Made by a program: the position numbers and the translations under genes. A DNA stretch of 32,000 bases, taken from positions 2,040,001 to 2,072,000 of the forward strand of contig NC_017856.1 in assembly GCF_000260965.1 (NCBI RefSeq), written 5' to 3'. Positions 1 to 8,578 of this stretch are shown here, one piece after another. Position 1 is the stretch's first letter; each line of letters opens with the position of its first letter. This DNA comes from Methylophaga frappieri (GTDB taxonomy: Bacteria > Pseudomonadota > Gammaproteobacteria > Nitrosococcales > Methylophagaceae). The notes under the pieces were generated by a model. It had not been told where the DNA came from. It saw only the letters and a program-made list of their open reading frames with translations, and made no database searches.

Positions 1-112
1 ACGTGATTCGCTTTGCTATCCGTTCTTGGTTCAGCCTTTGCCTGTCAAATCGAGGCTGATAAATATCAGGCTCAACTATTCATGCCATATTGATTCAGTT
101 TAAATACAGCGG

Positions 113-148
113 TGATAAAATTGGCCGAAGCGTTACGCCTCGGCCAAT
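113..148 (-). terminator. Rho-independent terminator after the 153..461 gene
   Basis: Inverted repeat ttggccgaag / cctcggccaa at 121-148. Read on the minus strand it is followed by TTTTAT (120-115). It begins 5 nt after the CDS stop. Confidence 0.55.
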
Positions 149-152
149 CCCT

Positions 153-461
153 TTATTTACGCCAATAATCATTGGCGATTGCGATGGTTTTGAACTCGAT
201 GGCTACCAGTTCGGCAGCATTCATTAATAACTGTGGATCCTCGGCATATTTGGCTCTGACACGATGTTTGGCTGCAACATCAGTTTGGATTGTACCAATG
301 GTTTTCCTGACGATGGTCATGGCTAGTTGCCTGCCTTCATAGGGTGTCTCGGTAATCAGTGATGGCAGGTAGTTATCATTAGCCATCATTTCCTGTGCGG
401 CAAGATTGACGGGAATGACAGCAGTCAACGCGGTAAGCAATAATATTTTTTTAGTAATCAT
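153..461 (-). CDS. Small secreted protein of unknown function (102 aa)
   Basis: ATG start. N-terminal signal peptide MITKKILLLTALTAVIPVNLAAQE. Divergent from the OhrR-like regulator. I recognise no family. Confidence 0.6.
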   Translation of the reverse strand: MITKKILLLTALTAVIPVNLAAQEMMANDNYLPSLITETPYEGRQLAMTIVRKTIGTIQTDVAAKHRVRAKYAEDPQLLMNAAELVAIEFKTIAIANDYWRK

Positions 462-486
462 GATAATCTATCTCTCTCTAACAGTT

Positions 487-515
487 TGCAAACGAACTGT
501 TTGCACCCAAACAGT
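487..515. promoter_or_regulatory. Candidate MarR/OhrR operator made of two overlapping palindromes in a divergent promoter region
   Basis: TGCAAAC(487-493)-N5-GTTTGCA(499-505) overlaps ACTGTTTG(496-503)-N4-CAAACAGT(508-515). It lies between the divergent starts at 461 and 563. Confidence 0.45.
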
Positions 516-562
516 AAGGCGGCAGGTATCAGATGTCAAGCGCACAACCAAAGGTGTGTTAA

Positions 563-982
563 ATGGGGCCTAGACTAAACGAGCAGGTATGCTTTGCACT
601 CTACTCTACAAGTGGCACGATAACGCGCGCTTATCAGCGTTTATTGGCGCCTCATCGTCTGACTTATCCTCAGTTTGTTGTGATGATGTCACTTTGGCAT
701 CATGATGGGGCGACACAGAAAGCCATCGCAGAATCCATTGGCATAACCAAAGGGACGCTCAGCCCAATCCTGAAAAATCTGGAAATGAACGGCTATATCA
801 CTCGCAATAGTCCGCCAGGCAATGATCGGATTAAATCCGTGTTTCTGACCACGGCGGGTAAGACTTTAGCAGAACAGGGTGAACGAATTGCGGAGCAAGC
901 ATTGTGTGCAACCGGGCTGACATTAACTGAAGCCAATGACGTGATCCGTCTTTGTACGAAAATAAAGGATCATCTAGGGTAG
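563..982 (+). CDS. ohrR: MarR-family regulator, OhrR-like (organic hydroperoxide sensing type)
   Basis: 139 aa. N-terminal LNEQVCFALYS motif carries the reactive Cys of OhrR proteins. Winged-helix core is TYPQFVVMMSLW...IGITKGTLSPILKNLEMNGYI. Additional C-terminal Cys residues are present. Confidence 0.75.
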   Translation: MGPRLNEQVCFALYSTSGTITRAYQRLLAPHRLTYPQFVVMMSLWHHDGATQKAIAESIGITKGTLSPILKNLEMNGYITRNSPPGNDRIKSVFLTTAGKTLAEQGERIAEQALCATGLTLTEANDVIRLCTKIKDHLG

Positions 983-1085
983 CTGGCCCGTAAACGTCTC
1001 TGAGCCACTTCTTTCACATCAAGTTATCTGGTTTATGGCATGATCTTAGACGAAGTAACCTAACCTGCCGAGCTGAGAAAACCAA

Positions 1086-1733
1086 ATGAAAAAAAAGCAG
1101 CCATTGGCTGATTTACGTAATAACTATCAACGTGGTGAACTGGCTGAGCAAGCAACGTCAGAGGTGCCTTTGCAGCAGTTTGAGCAATGGCTCAACGAGG
1201 CGATTACGCAAAAAGTGAATGAACCCAATGCGATGACTTTGGCAACCGTTGATGCTGATGGACGTCCCGCTTGTCGCCCCGTGTTGATTAAAGACTGTGA
1301 TGCGCGCGGTATCGTCTGGTTTACCAATTATCAAAGCAGAAAAGGACTTTCTCTGGCCAACAATCCGTTTGCGGCCCTGCAATTCTTTTGGCCCGAGCTT
1401 GAGCGTGTCGTGCGTATTGAAGGTAAAGTCGAAAAAATTTCGGAAACCGAATCGGATGCTTATTTTCATTCAAGACCATTAAGCAGCCGGATTGGTGCAT
1501 GGGCCTCGCCGCAAAGTACCGTTATTGAAAGCCGAACTGTTATTGTCAGTCAAGCTGCTAAATACGGCGCTGAGTTTGGCCTGCATCCGCCACGGCCACC
1601 ACATTGGGGCGGATACCGATTAGTCCCTGATTATTGGGAGTTCTGGCAAGGTCGTCCATCACGGCTGCATGATCGGATTTGTTACCGTTTGCAACCGGAT
1701 GGTCAATGGCAGCGGCTACGTCTAGCTCCCTGA
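1086..1733 (+). CDS. pdxH: Pyridoxamine/pyridoxine 5'-phosphate oxidase
   Basis: 215 aa. Full-length resemblance to PdxH, including ...[16 protein letters not shown]....G.VWFTNY.S.K, ...WGGYRL.P...EFWQGR.SRLHDR and the terminal RLAP. Confidence 0.93.
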   Translation: MKKKQPLADLRNNYQRGELAEQATSEVPLQQFEQWLNEAITQKVNEPNAMTLATVDADGRPACRPVLIKDCDARGIVWFTNYQSRKGLSLANNPFAALQFFWPELERVVRIEGKVEKISETESDAYFHSRPLSSRIGAWASPQSTVIESRTVIVSQAAKYGAEFGLHPPRPPHWGGYRLVPDYWEFWQGRPSRLHDRICYRLQPDGQWQRLRLAP

Positions 1734-3758
1734 AGGCGTTTGTTCGCTATTGTCTTGTTCAGATTTGATGACTTGTTGTGCGACGCCAACTGGAAAAAAT
1801 ACCCGCAGTGGATTTTCTTTGGTTTGATCCCAGATGCTGCGCATAAGCGCCGAAAAGCGGCTGATACGTGTCCCGCGGGCACGCAGTGCGACGATTAAGG
1901 CTAAGGCAAAACTGACCCAAAGATTAAAAAAACCAATGATCAGGACAAACAATAAATAGACGAAAAACTCAAAAATGCCCATCGTGCTGCTAAAAGTAGC
2001 GTAGCCGAGGTTGGCCGCAGAAAATGCCACATGGCGAATATCTAAAGGTAAATCCAGCAAATAGCCAATATAAGGTGTAATGCCGAGTAAGACACCGAAA
2101 AAGAAATTACCGGCTAATGAGCCATAGTGCGTATGCACATAATCGCCCAAATTTTCGCGCCAACTTTCTTTCATCCAGTCACGTAATAATGGGTGGTAAC
2201 GAATCCGAGTACGAAGTTCCAGATAATCGGCTCGGTTATCAAAATAACCGGCAATGATGCCAGAGCAAAATAACCAGACACCGGCTATTGAGGCATAGAA
2301 AATGGCCATGCCGCCAATGGGCGTGATGTCATTAAGAAGGTGGTTAACCGTGCTTGGTTGAATTAACTGTGTTTGCCAATACCAAAGGCTGAAGCTGGCA
2401 ATCAGGCTGGCAATGATAATCGCGGTAATCACATTCCCCCAAACGGCAGCCCACTGTGAGCGATTTACCTCGATTAACAGGCTGGCCAGTTTTTTATGAA
2501 CGGCACGTCCATTTTCCCCACGCTCTACCTCTGCGGCAAAATTAGCAGCGGTCATGGCGGGCTGTTTGGAGGCGATTGTAAAGTGCAACATATGCACTAT
2601 CATGAATCCAACGCCGTAGTTAAGGCTTACTAACAAGGTGTAAAAGCCTTTATCAAAACCCAGGTCTTCGATATAAATTTTGTTCAATGCCATCAAAGCG
2701 ATAAGTACGCCGGCACCGGCTGCCGAGCCAAATAACGCCCAAAAAGCCGATTTATCCCGGGCGACATAATGTTCACCGTGATCACTTTTATTTTGGGTGA
2801 TGCTTCGGGACAACATGCCAATACTGTTTCTGACCAATGATTTGAGACTGTTTTTTTCGGTGGTGGCGAGCACCAGTTTTTGCCACAGACTCAGGCAACG
2901 TGTTTGTTCACTCAGCGGATCTGGATCCGTCAGAATGGTGAGCAGCTCTTCTATACGTTCCAGTGTTTGTTCTAACCGTTCCAGTAGGTGTGCAACGGAA
3001 ATAGAAGAGCCTGCTGCACCCGCACCACGACGACGCAAGCGTTGGACCAGTTCGCGACATTGGTCCAACATGACCCAGATGTGATCTGGATTATAAGGTT
3101 CAACTTCTGGATCATTAAATCGCTGATACATATTTTGTACAAAAGGCTGTAATTCCCGTTGCAACACGATAAAGGCTGAGTCGTTATCAACGAGCCGCTT
3201 ATCAATACGCATTAATTCAGGTTCTAATTCTTCCGCTGCAACCCAAATAGCCAACATTTCAATGGCATAAAGGCATTGCTCCTTGAAATGATTTATTGAG
3301 CGCTGCTTTATTTCGACATCCAAATCTTGGCAGAGCAGCAGATGGAGTTTTAACCATTGCACGGACGAAATCGTTTCCAGCCAATCATTATCACTACGCT
3401 GAGAGAACAGGAGCGTTAATGCATCTTTCGCATTGGTGAGGTCCAGCGGAGGCGGATTCATTTTGTCATAAAGCCGCGTCATAAACTCGTTCAAAAAGCC
3501 TCGACGAGAAAAAATACCAAGACTGACAATAGCGGAATAAAGATTCTGTTCAACGAACCACTCGTGAAAGCGTTCGCCAACCAATTGCCTTAATTCGGTA
3601 TCGTTATCAAGCAGATCCAACAGTGCATCCATGCGTGTGGCTGCATCTTGCTCGCCTCCTTTGCGCAGCTCAGCAATTACGGTGCGCAAGGCACCAAGAA
3701 CAGAATTGTCGTGATGGAACTCTGCTTTGAGCTTGTCGGCGTCAAAAAACTGAGGCAT
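1722..3758 (-). CDS. Large polytopic membrane protein, PF10136-like (family historically annotated 'site-specific recombinase')
   Basis: 678 aa. A roughly 340-aa helical soluble N-domain is followed by at least 8 hydrophobic helices. The ...[17 protein letters not shown]... motif and overall architecture resemble, from memory, the PF10136 (Gcr-type) family. No recombinase catalytic motifs are visible. Confidence 0.45.
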   Translation of the reverse strand: MPQFFDADKLKAEFHHDNSVLGALRTVIAELRKGGEQDAATRMDALLDLLDNDTELRQLVGERFHEWFVEQNLYSAIVSLGIFSRRGFLNEFMTRLYDKMNPPPLDLTNAKDALTLLFSQRSDNDWLETISSVQWLKLHLLLCQDLDVEIKQRSINHFKEQCLYAIEMLAIWVAAEELEPELMRIDKRLVDNDSAFIVLQRELQPFVQNMYQRFNDPEVEPYNPDHIWVMLDQCRELVQRLRRRGAGAAGSSISVAHLLERLEQTLERIEELLTILTDPDPLSEQTRCLSLWQKLVLATTEKNSLKSLVRNSIGMLSRSITQNKSDHGEHYVARDKSAFWALFGSAAGAGVLIALMALNKIYIEDLGFDKGFYTLLVSLNYGVGFMIVHMLHFTIASKQPAMTAANFAAEVERGENGRAVHKKLASLLIEVNRSQWAAVWGNVITAIIIASLIASFSLWYWQTQLIQPSTVNHLLNDITPIGGMAIFYASIAGVWLFCSGIIAGYFDNRADYLELRTRIRYHPLLRDWMKESWRENLGDYVHTHYGSLAGNFFFGVLLGITPYIGYLLDLPLDIRHVAFSAANLGYATFSSTMGIFEFFVYLLFVLIIGFFNLWVSFALALIVALRARGTRISRFSALMRSIWDQTKENPLRVFFPVGVAQQVIKSEQDNSEQTPSGS

Positions 3759-3860
3759 TAAGTCGTCCGTAAATTAAAAATTTTGATTATTGTATTTGAT
3801 GTCGTCGCATGACAATAAGCCCGGCAGTGCATCGGGCCATGAGGGTGGCGGAGGGATATA

Positions 3861-4268
3861 CTAAAATAACTCGACGTGTTGGGCGAGACGACTCGCGGCC
3901 GCTTCAGCACCCATTGCCCGTGCGAGACCGAGTGCGGTCAATCCATCAGCAGATTTAGCGTAGGCATCGGCGCCACTGAGTAACAAAATGTTGATGGTCG
4001 CAACTTGATTAAACATGGCCGCATACATGAGTGGGGTTTTGCCATCTTCACCAGTGGCATGGAGGTCTGCGCCTTTTTCAAGCAGTAATGTCGCAATGTC
4101 AGTGTGTCCAAGTTGACTGGCGAGCATCAGTAAACTCGCGCCATCCGCATCCTGGGAGTCAGGATCGACACCAGAGTCGATCAAGATTTGAAGTTGACCG
4201 AAATCACCCTGACGGACAATATCAAAAACCAAACTGGTTTCAGCGCTAGCGTTGTGTTGTTTAACCAT
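3861..4268 (-). CDS. Ankyrin-repeat protein
   Basis: Three to four ANK repeats (D.DGASLLMLASQLGHTDIATLLLEKGADL.A...DGKTPLMYAAMFNQVATINILLLSGAD). The ORF track starts at a GTG at 4289. The ATG at 4268 is preceded by AAAGG at good spacing and is preferred. Confidence 0.8.
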   Translation of the reverse strand: MVKQHNASAETSLVFDIVRQGDFGQLQILIDSGVDPDSQDADGASLLMLASQLGHTDIATLLLEKGADLHATGEDGKTPLMYAAMFNQVATINILLLSGADAYAKSADGLTALGLARAMGAEAAASRLAQHVELF

Positions 4269-4333
4269 GATTACCTTTTCCGACTGCACCAGCCGCCATG
4301 CCGACGGCTGGTTTGCTTTTGATGGGGGTCAGA

Positions 4334-4480
4334 TTAATAACCTTTGGTTTCCTCTGCTTTTTTATTAATGGCACTGCCTGCTGCTTCCATATCTTCACCA
4401 ACGCCTTGCACGGTGTTGCAGGCTGATAAACCAATCATCATTAACGTGGCCAGAAAAGCTGCGGTTAGTTTGTTCTTCAT
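4334..4480 (-). CDS. ecnB: Entericidin A/B-family micro-lipoprotein (48 aa), absent from the ORF track
   Basis: The reverse strand reads MKNKLTAAFLATLMMIGLSACNTVQGVGEDMEAAGSAINKKAEETKGY. It has a lipobox LSAC and the CNT.(R/Q)GVGED....G.AI core of E. coli EcnB. AGGAGG lies 5 nt upstream of the ATG. Confidence 0.85.
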   Translation of the reverse strand: MKNKLTAAFLATLMMIGLSACNTVQGVGEDMEAAGSAINKKAEETKGY

Positions 4481-4793
4481 GTTGCCTCCTAGGGTGTAGT
4501 TCAAAACTTAACACAAAGTGATTACAGAGTGGTTGTTCAAATCATAAAATTGAAAAAGTTTGTTTTGGCCCGTCTCTTTAATTAGTGCAAGTGGGGGCAT
4601 CTGCCAAGATCTAAATATCGACATTTCAGATGAAACGTGACACAGTTCACACTAATGAAGTATCGTAGCAAAATAAAAGCGATATTTTTACTTGGCAAGC
4701 GGTGTTTGCTTGCCTGATAACAATAACAAGCGTAAAAGATCGGTATAGTATTAAGGTTTGGAATTTTCATCGAGTTATCAGGGAAAGTCATCG

Positions 4794-5243
4794 ATGCATG
4801 ATTTTTTGAAAAAAAGTTTGCTGGTTGGGCTGTTCGCTATTGTCACGCCGGCATCCGCGCAGAGTGTTGCCGTCATTAAAACCATGAGTGGTGATGTCAC
4901 GGTATTACGTAATGGCGATATTGTTAAAGCAAGTCTGGGTGATGAGCTTTTTCTTTATGATCAGCTTTCCACGTCAGCAAATAGTACCGTTGGTTTACTA
5001 TTCCATGACGATACCCGCATCGGGGCTGGTCCTGATTCACGATTTTCCATTGATGCTTATCAGTATGACTCGGATTCTCACGCCGGCAAGGCGGATCTGG
5101 GTATACAGAAAGGCACCATGGCTCTGGTTGGCGGCAAGCTGGCGATGCAGGATCCACAAGCTGTCAGAATAAAAACCCCTACCGACATTTTGACGGTGCC
5201 ATGTGAGCAGTTGTCAGTGAATGTTGATGAGCTAAGAAGATAA
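4794..5243 (+). CDS. Periplasmic FecR-domain protein
   Basis: The ATG at 4794 (the track uses a TTG at 4758) gives signal peptide MHDFLKKSLLVGLFAIVTPASAQS. It is followed by a FecR-like beta-rich segment (G.V.VLRNG....A..GD.L...D.L.T...S...L.F.D.T....GP.S.F.ID). Confidence 0.65.
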   Translation: MHDFLKKSLLVGLFAIVTPASAQSVAVIKTMSGDVTVLRNGDIVKASLGDELFLYDQLSTSANSTVGLLFHDDTRIGAGPDSRFSIDAYQYDSDSHAGKADLGIQKGTMALVGGKLAMQDPQAVRIKTPTDILTVPCEQLSVNVDELRR

Positions 5244-5248
5244 AAATC

Positions 5249-5797
5249 ATGATGCGTAATTATTCTTTACTACTGGTGGTGTCCTTGCTTGCCTTGACAG
5301 GCTGTGGCGCTATTCACAATGCAATCGGTCCGGACAGAGCCGAATCGGAATTGCGAGACGCGGTCGAGGCGCCGGTCACGTTAAGTGGTGCAGAATCACC
5401 TTTCTGTGCGGTTCCGGTGGTTTCAGAGCCTTCATTGGCCCCTGCGGTGGCGGCGATTCCACCGGCACCTTACGAGGCAACCTTGTATTTCATTCTGGAT
5501 ACGGATGAATTAACACCGGAATCCAAAATTGAAGCGCGTAACATTTACAACGAGATTATTTCACGGCAAATTGCCGAAGCGATTGTTGTTGGACACACGG
5601 ATACATCAGCATCCCACGCCTATAACCAGACGTTATCACTGGAGCGGGCAAACAAGGTGCGTCAGGATTTGATCGATATTGGTGTGCCAGCAAATATTAT
5701 CCGAACTTCAGGTGTCGGTGAAACCGACCTGCTGATAGAAACTGCTGATGGGGTGAGAGAGCCCCGCAATCGTCGCGTCAAAATTGACGTGCGCTGA
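5249..5797 (+). CDS. OmpA-family lipoprotein (peptidoglycan-associated C-terminal domain)
   Basis: Lipobox LLALTGC. C-terminal OmpA-like domain VVGHTDTSASHAYNQTLSLERANKVRQDLIDIGV......SGVGE......T.DGV.EPRNRRV.I. Confidence 0.85.
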   Translation: MMRNYSLLLVVSLLALTGCGAIHNAIGPDRAESELRDAVEAPVTLSGAESPFCAVPVVSEPSLAPAVAAIPPAPYEATLYFILDTDELTPESKIEARNIYNEIISRQIAEAIVVGHTDTSASHAYNQTLSLERANKVRQDLIDIGVPANIIRTSGVGETDLLIETADGVREPRNRRVKIDVR

Positions 5798-5809
5798 TGG
5801 AGTTGAGTC

Positions 5810-7213
5810 ATGAGCAAAATATTTAAAACCCTGACACTGACTACTGCCTTAATTGGCAGTGGTTTGTTCATTGGGCAATCGGTTGCGATGGCCCAGACAC
5901 TGCCTGAGGCAGTTGCCCAAACCTTGCAGACTAATCCGGAAATTCTTGCTGAAGCTAACCGTCGACTAAGTGTTGATAAGACGATCGACCAAGCCAAAGC
6001 AGGTTATTTGCCGCAAGTGGATTTGGACCTGGGCTATGGTCACGAATATACCAATAACCCTGCGACACGCCCCCCAGGCGGTCGTTCGCTCAATCGGGGT
6101 GAAGCGGGTATTGCGGCCAAACAAATGATTTATGATGGCTTCTACACGAAAAGTGAAGTTGACCGAACAACATCATCAGCTGAATCAGCAGGTTATGCGG
6201 TTTCTGATATTTCAGAATCAACAAGCTTGCAAGCAGTGGATGCTTACCTGAATATTTTACGTCGTCAAGAGCTTATGGCGATCACCCAGACTAACCTTGA
6301 TGCCCATGAGCGTATTGGTGACATGATTGAAAAACGCGCTGAAAGTGGCGTGGGGCGACGTGCCGATGTCGATCAAATTCAAGCTCGCCTTGCGCTTTCT
6401 CGGGCTAACGTTGTCTCAGAAGAGGGCAATATTGAAGATGCTCGCAGTCAATATTTACGTGTTGTAGGCAATCTGCCTGAAAATATTACTGACCCAGGTG
6501 ATGGTTGTTGTGACCGTGCGCCTGCAACTGTCGACGAAGCCATTTCGGTTGCAATCAACCAGCACCCTTATTTGCGTTCGGCACTAGCCACGCATGAGGC
6601 GTCTTTAGCGCAAGTTCAAGGCGCGAAATCTGCTTTTCATCCCAAAGTTGATTTTGATTTGAGTTATCGTTCCGATAATAACCTGAATGCAGATGGTGAT
6701 AACTTGCTGCGTAATGAGGGACATCAGAAAGAGCTCCAAGCGATGACCCGCTTGCAACAAAACCTCTACAACGGCGGTGCGGACTCAGCTCGGGTTGCGC
6801 AGTTTGAATCGTTGAGCGAGCAACAAAAACAGCAAGTGATTCGGGCGCAACGTCAGATCGAGCAGGATGTTCGCTTAGCCTGGAATGCGCTGCAAACCGC
6901 GCAGGAACGCGTGCCGAAGTTAAAACAACGCTTGGAAGCCGCCGAAAAAACGCGGACGGCGTATGAGGATCAGTTCGGTATTGGTCAGCGGACATTGCTG
7001 GATTTGCTGGATAGCGAAAATGAACTTTTGATTGCCGGAGCGGATTATACGGAGGCTTATTATAATCAATTGTTTGCTTGTTACTGGCTGGCGGAATCAA
7101 TGGGGCAGTTGCTTGACGCCTTGGAGCTGCAACATCGAGAAGAAGCCATTACCGTTGCCGGCTCAACTGCTGAGCAAGAAGAAACTACGGCGGCCGACAC
7201 GGTTATCGATTAA
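5810..7213 (+). CDS. TolC-family outer membrane efflux / type I secretion protein
   Basis: 467 aa. Signal peptide, then LPEAVAQTLQTNPEILAE....L......I.QAKAGYLPQVDLDLGY and two tandem TolC/OEP repeats. It resembles AggA/TolC type I secretion outer membrane proteins. Confidence 0.88.
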   Translation: MSKIFKTLTLTTALIGSGLFIGQSVAMAQTLPEAVAQTLQTNPEILAEANRRLSVDKTIDQAKAGYLPQVDLDLGYGHEYTNNPATRPPGGRSLNRGEAGIAAKQMIYDGFYTKSEVDRTTSSAESAGYAVSDISESTSLQAVDAYLNILRRQELMAITQTNLDAHERIGDMIEKRAESGVGRRADVDQIQARLALSRANVVSEEGNIEDARSQYLRVVGNLPENITDPGDGCCDRAPATVDEAISVAINQHPYLRSALATHEASLAQVQGAKSAFHPKVDFDLSYRSDNNLNADGDNLLRNEGHQKELQAMTRLQQNLYNGGADSARVAQFESLSEQQKQQVIRAQRQIEQDVRLAWNALQTAQERVPKLKQRLEAAEKTRTAYEDQFGIGQRTLLDLLDSENELLIAGADYTEAYYNQLFACYWLAESMGQLLDALELQHREEAITVAGSTAEQEETTAADTVID

Positions 7214-7236
7214 CCCTAACGCATTTTTCACTAAAA

Positions 7237-7268
7237 CCCTGGTATCGAACAGATATCAGGGTTTTTTT
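7237..7268 (+). terminator. Rho-independent terminator after the TolC-family gene
   Basis: ccctggtatc / gatatcaggg hairpin (7237-7261) followed by TTTTTTT (7262-7268). Confidence 0.8.
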
Positions 7269-7374
7269 GTCTCGGCCACTTTAAAATGCCAAGGCGCATC
7301 CCCAAGTTTCTCTGTGTACAACATTCCAGGCAATACCTGCCTGTGGTATTCGTTTTTAAGCAAAGGAGGAAAAC

Positions 7375-7869
7375 ATGGCCACGGTAACATTAAAAGGTAA
7401 CCCGATTGAAACCGTAGGTGAGTTACCTGAAGTAGGCAGTCAGGCACCAGGCTTTAATTTGGTAAAAGATGATTTGTCTGAGCTAACCGGGCAAGATATT
7501 TCAGGTAAAGTTGTTCTGAATATTTTTCCATCCGTTGATACCGGCACCTGTGCTATGTCGGTGCGCCAGTTCAACAGCAAGGCGGCAGCACTGGATAATA
7601 CCACTGTTGTCTGTGTCTCCAAAGACTTACCATTTGCACTCAGTCGTTTCTGTGGGGCAGAGGGACTGAATGACGTTGTCGTTGGTTCTGCATTTCGTAG
7701 CAGTTTTGGCGATGATTACGGTGTAACTTTTACATCCGGTCCGTTGACCGGGTTACTGTCACGCGCTGTGGTCGTCATTGATGAGCAAGGTAAGGTAATT
7801 TATACCCAGCAGGTTGCGGAAACTGCTGACGAGCCTGATTATGACGCAGCACTTAATGCGCTGAGTTGA
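7375..7869 (+). CDS. tpx: Thiol peroxidase (atypical 2-Cys peroxiredoxin)
   Basis: 164 aa. Near-colinear with E. coli Tpx (NIFPS.DTG.CA.SVR.FN......[20 protein letters not shown]). AAAGGAGG lies 5 nt upstream. Confidence 0.95.
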   Translation: MATVTLKGNPIETVGELPEVGSQAPGFNLVKDDLSELTGQDISGKVVLNIFPSVDTGTCAMSVRQFNSKAAALDNTTVVCVSKDLPFALSRFCGAEGLNDVVVGSAFRSSFGDDYGVTFTSGPLTGLLSRAVVVIDEQGKVIYTQQVAETADEPDYDAALNALS

Positions 7870-7883
7870 GTAAGCTTGAACCG

Positions 7884-7919
7884 TCCCGCCTCACTCAAGA
7901 GGCGGGATCGTTAATTTTC
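7884..7919 (+). terminator. Probable terminator after tpx
   Basis: tcccgcctc / gaggcggga hairpin (7884-7907) followed by a T-rich tail, tcgttaatttt. Confidence 0.5.
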
Positions 7920-7936
7920 AAAGTCCAGAACCTGCC

Positions 7937-8578
7937 ATGTCAGCGCTAAGCCAGATGTTTGCTTCGGTTGCGGTGTTGGCTGAATTTCACCCTGGTGCTC
8001 AAGCTGTGCGATTTTGGCGTAATAATCACACCGGTCAATTACAGTCAGACATTGTATTTTCAGATCAAAAATTGACGGATAAGCAGTTGCTGGAAGCAGA
8101 TATTGCCAGTATCGCTACACAGCTCGCTGAAGTGGCATTGCCGGATTATTTCGCTTTTTGTCGTGATATTGAGGCGATTTTCAGCGGTAGTCAGCCCAAT
8201 GGGCCGGTAACAAAACTAGCCAACATGGATTGGCCGGCACTTCGACAGATTGCCATTTATGCACAGCATTGGCGGAGCAAGAATCCGCGTGAGGTGGCGA
8301 AGCTAGTCGCTTTTGTCATGGCGATTCCGGTGTTTAGCCGCCTGGTGGGACAGCGAATTGTGGCGGGGCAGTCAGAAACCGAAAAACAAATCAGTCATCA
8401 GGTTGAGCATGCCTCCGGAATGTACATCATGGGGGTTGAAAAGTTCAAAGGCTTGTTTGCCGATGAAATTCAATCAACACTGAGTGAGGCCAGCCTATTG
8501 GTCGCTGCATATCGAGGAGCGAAAGGCGAGAATGCAAGTAACATCATTAATGGCATGATCGCGTCGCGCTATGACTAG
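7937..8578 (+). CDS. Hypothetical protein (213 aa)
   Basis: Long ATG-initiated ORF with ordinary composition. No recognisable motif, signal peptide or TM helix. Confidence 0.55.
   Translation: MSALSQMFASVAVLAEFHPGAQAVRFWRNNHTGQLQSDIVFSDQKLTDKQLLEADIASIATQLAEVALPDYFAFCRDIEAIFSGSQPNGPVTKLANMDWPALRQIAIYAQHWRSKNPREVAKLVAFVMAIPVFSRLVGQRIVAGQSETEKQISHQVEHASGMYIMGVEKFKGLFADEIQSTLSEASLLVAAYRGAKGENASNIINGMIASRYD

Noticed and set aside
1-112. Possible 3' end of a gene entering from the left edge, plus hairpin gaggctgata/tatcaggctc (51-72)
   Set aside because: Both open plus-strand frames are too short (under 35 codons in the window) to identify. The hairpin lacks a T-run.
1127-1482. ORFs 1127..1327 (-), 1158..1469 (-) and 1297..1482 (+) inside pdxH
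   Set aside because: They are fully embedded in the well-supported pdxH frame and have no independent signals.
4290-4310. Hairpin cagccg...cggctg between the entericidin and ankyrin genes
   Set aside because: The T-run (gtttgctttt) is on the plus strand, where no gene ends. On the minus strand, where both genes lie, no U-tract follows. It is therefore not a functional terminator for them and may be an mRNA-stabilising structure.
4582-4791. 69-aa minus-strand ORF in the long region upstream of the FecR-domain gene
   Set aside because: It has no RBS, Cys/Tyr/Phe-rich odd composition and no motif. The region is more likely a promoter or leader. The perfect 7-bp hairpin ggcaagc/gcttgcc at 4694-4713 has no T-run on either strand, so I did not call it a terminator.
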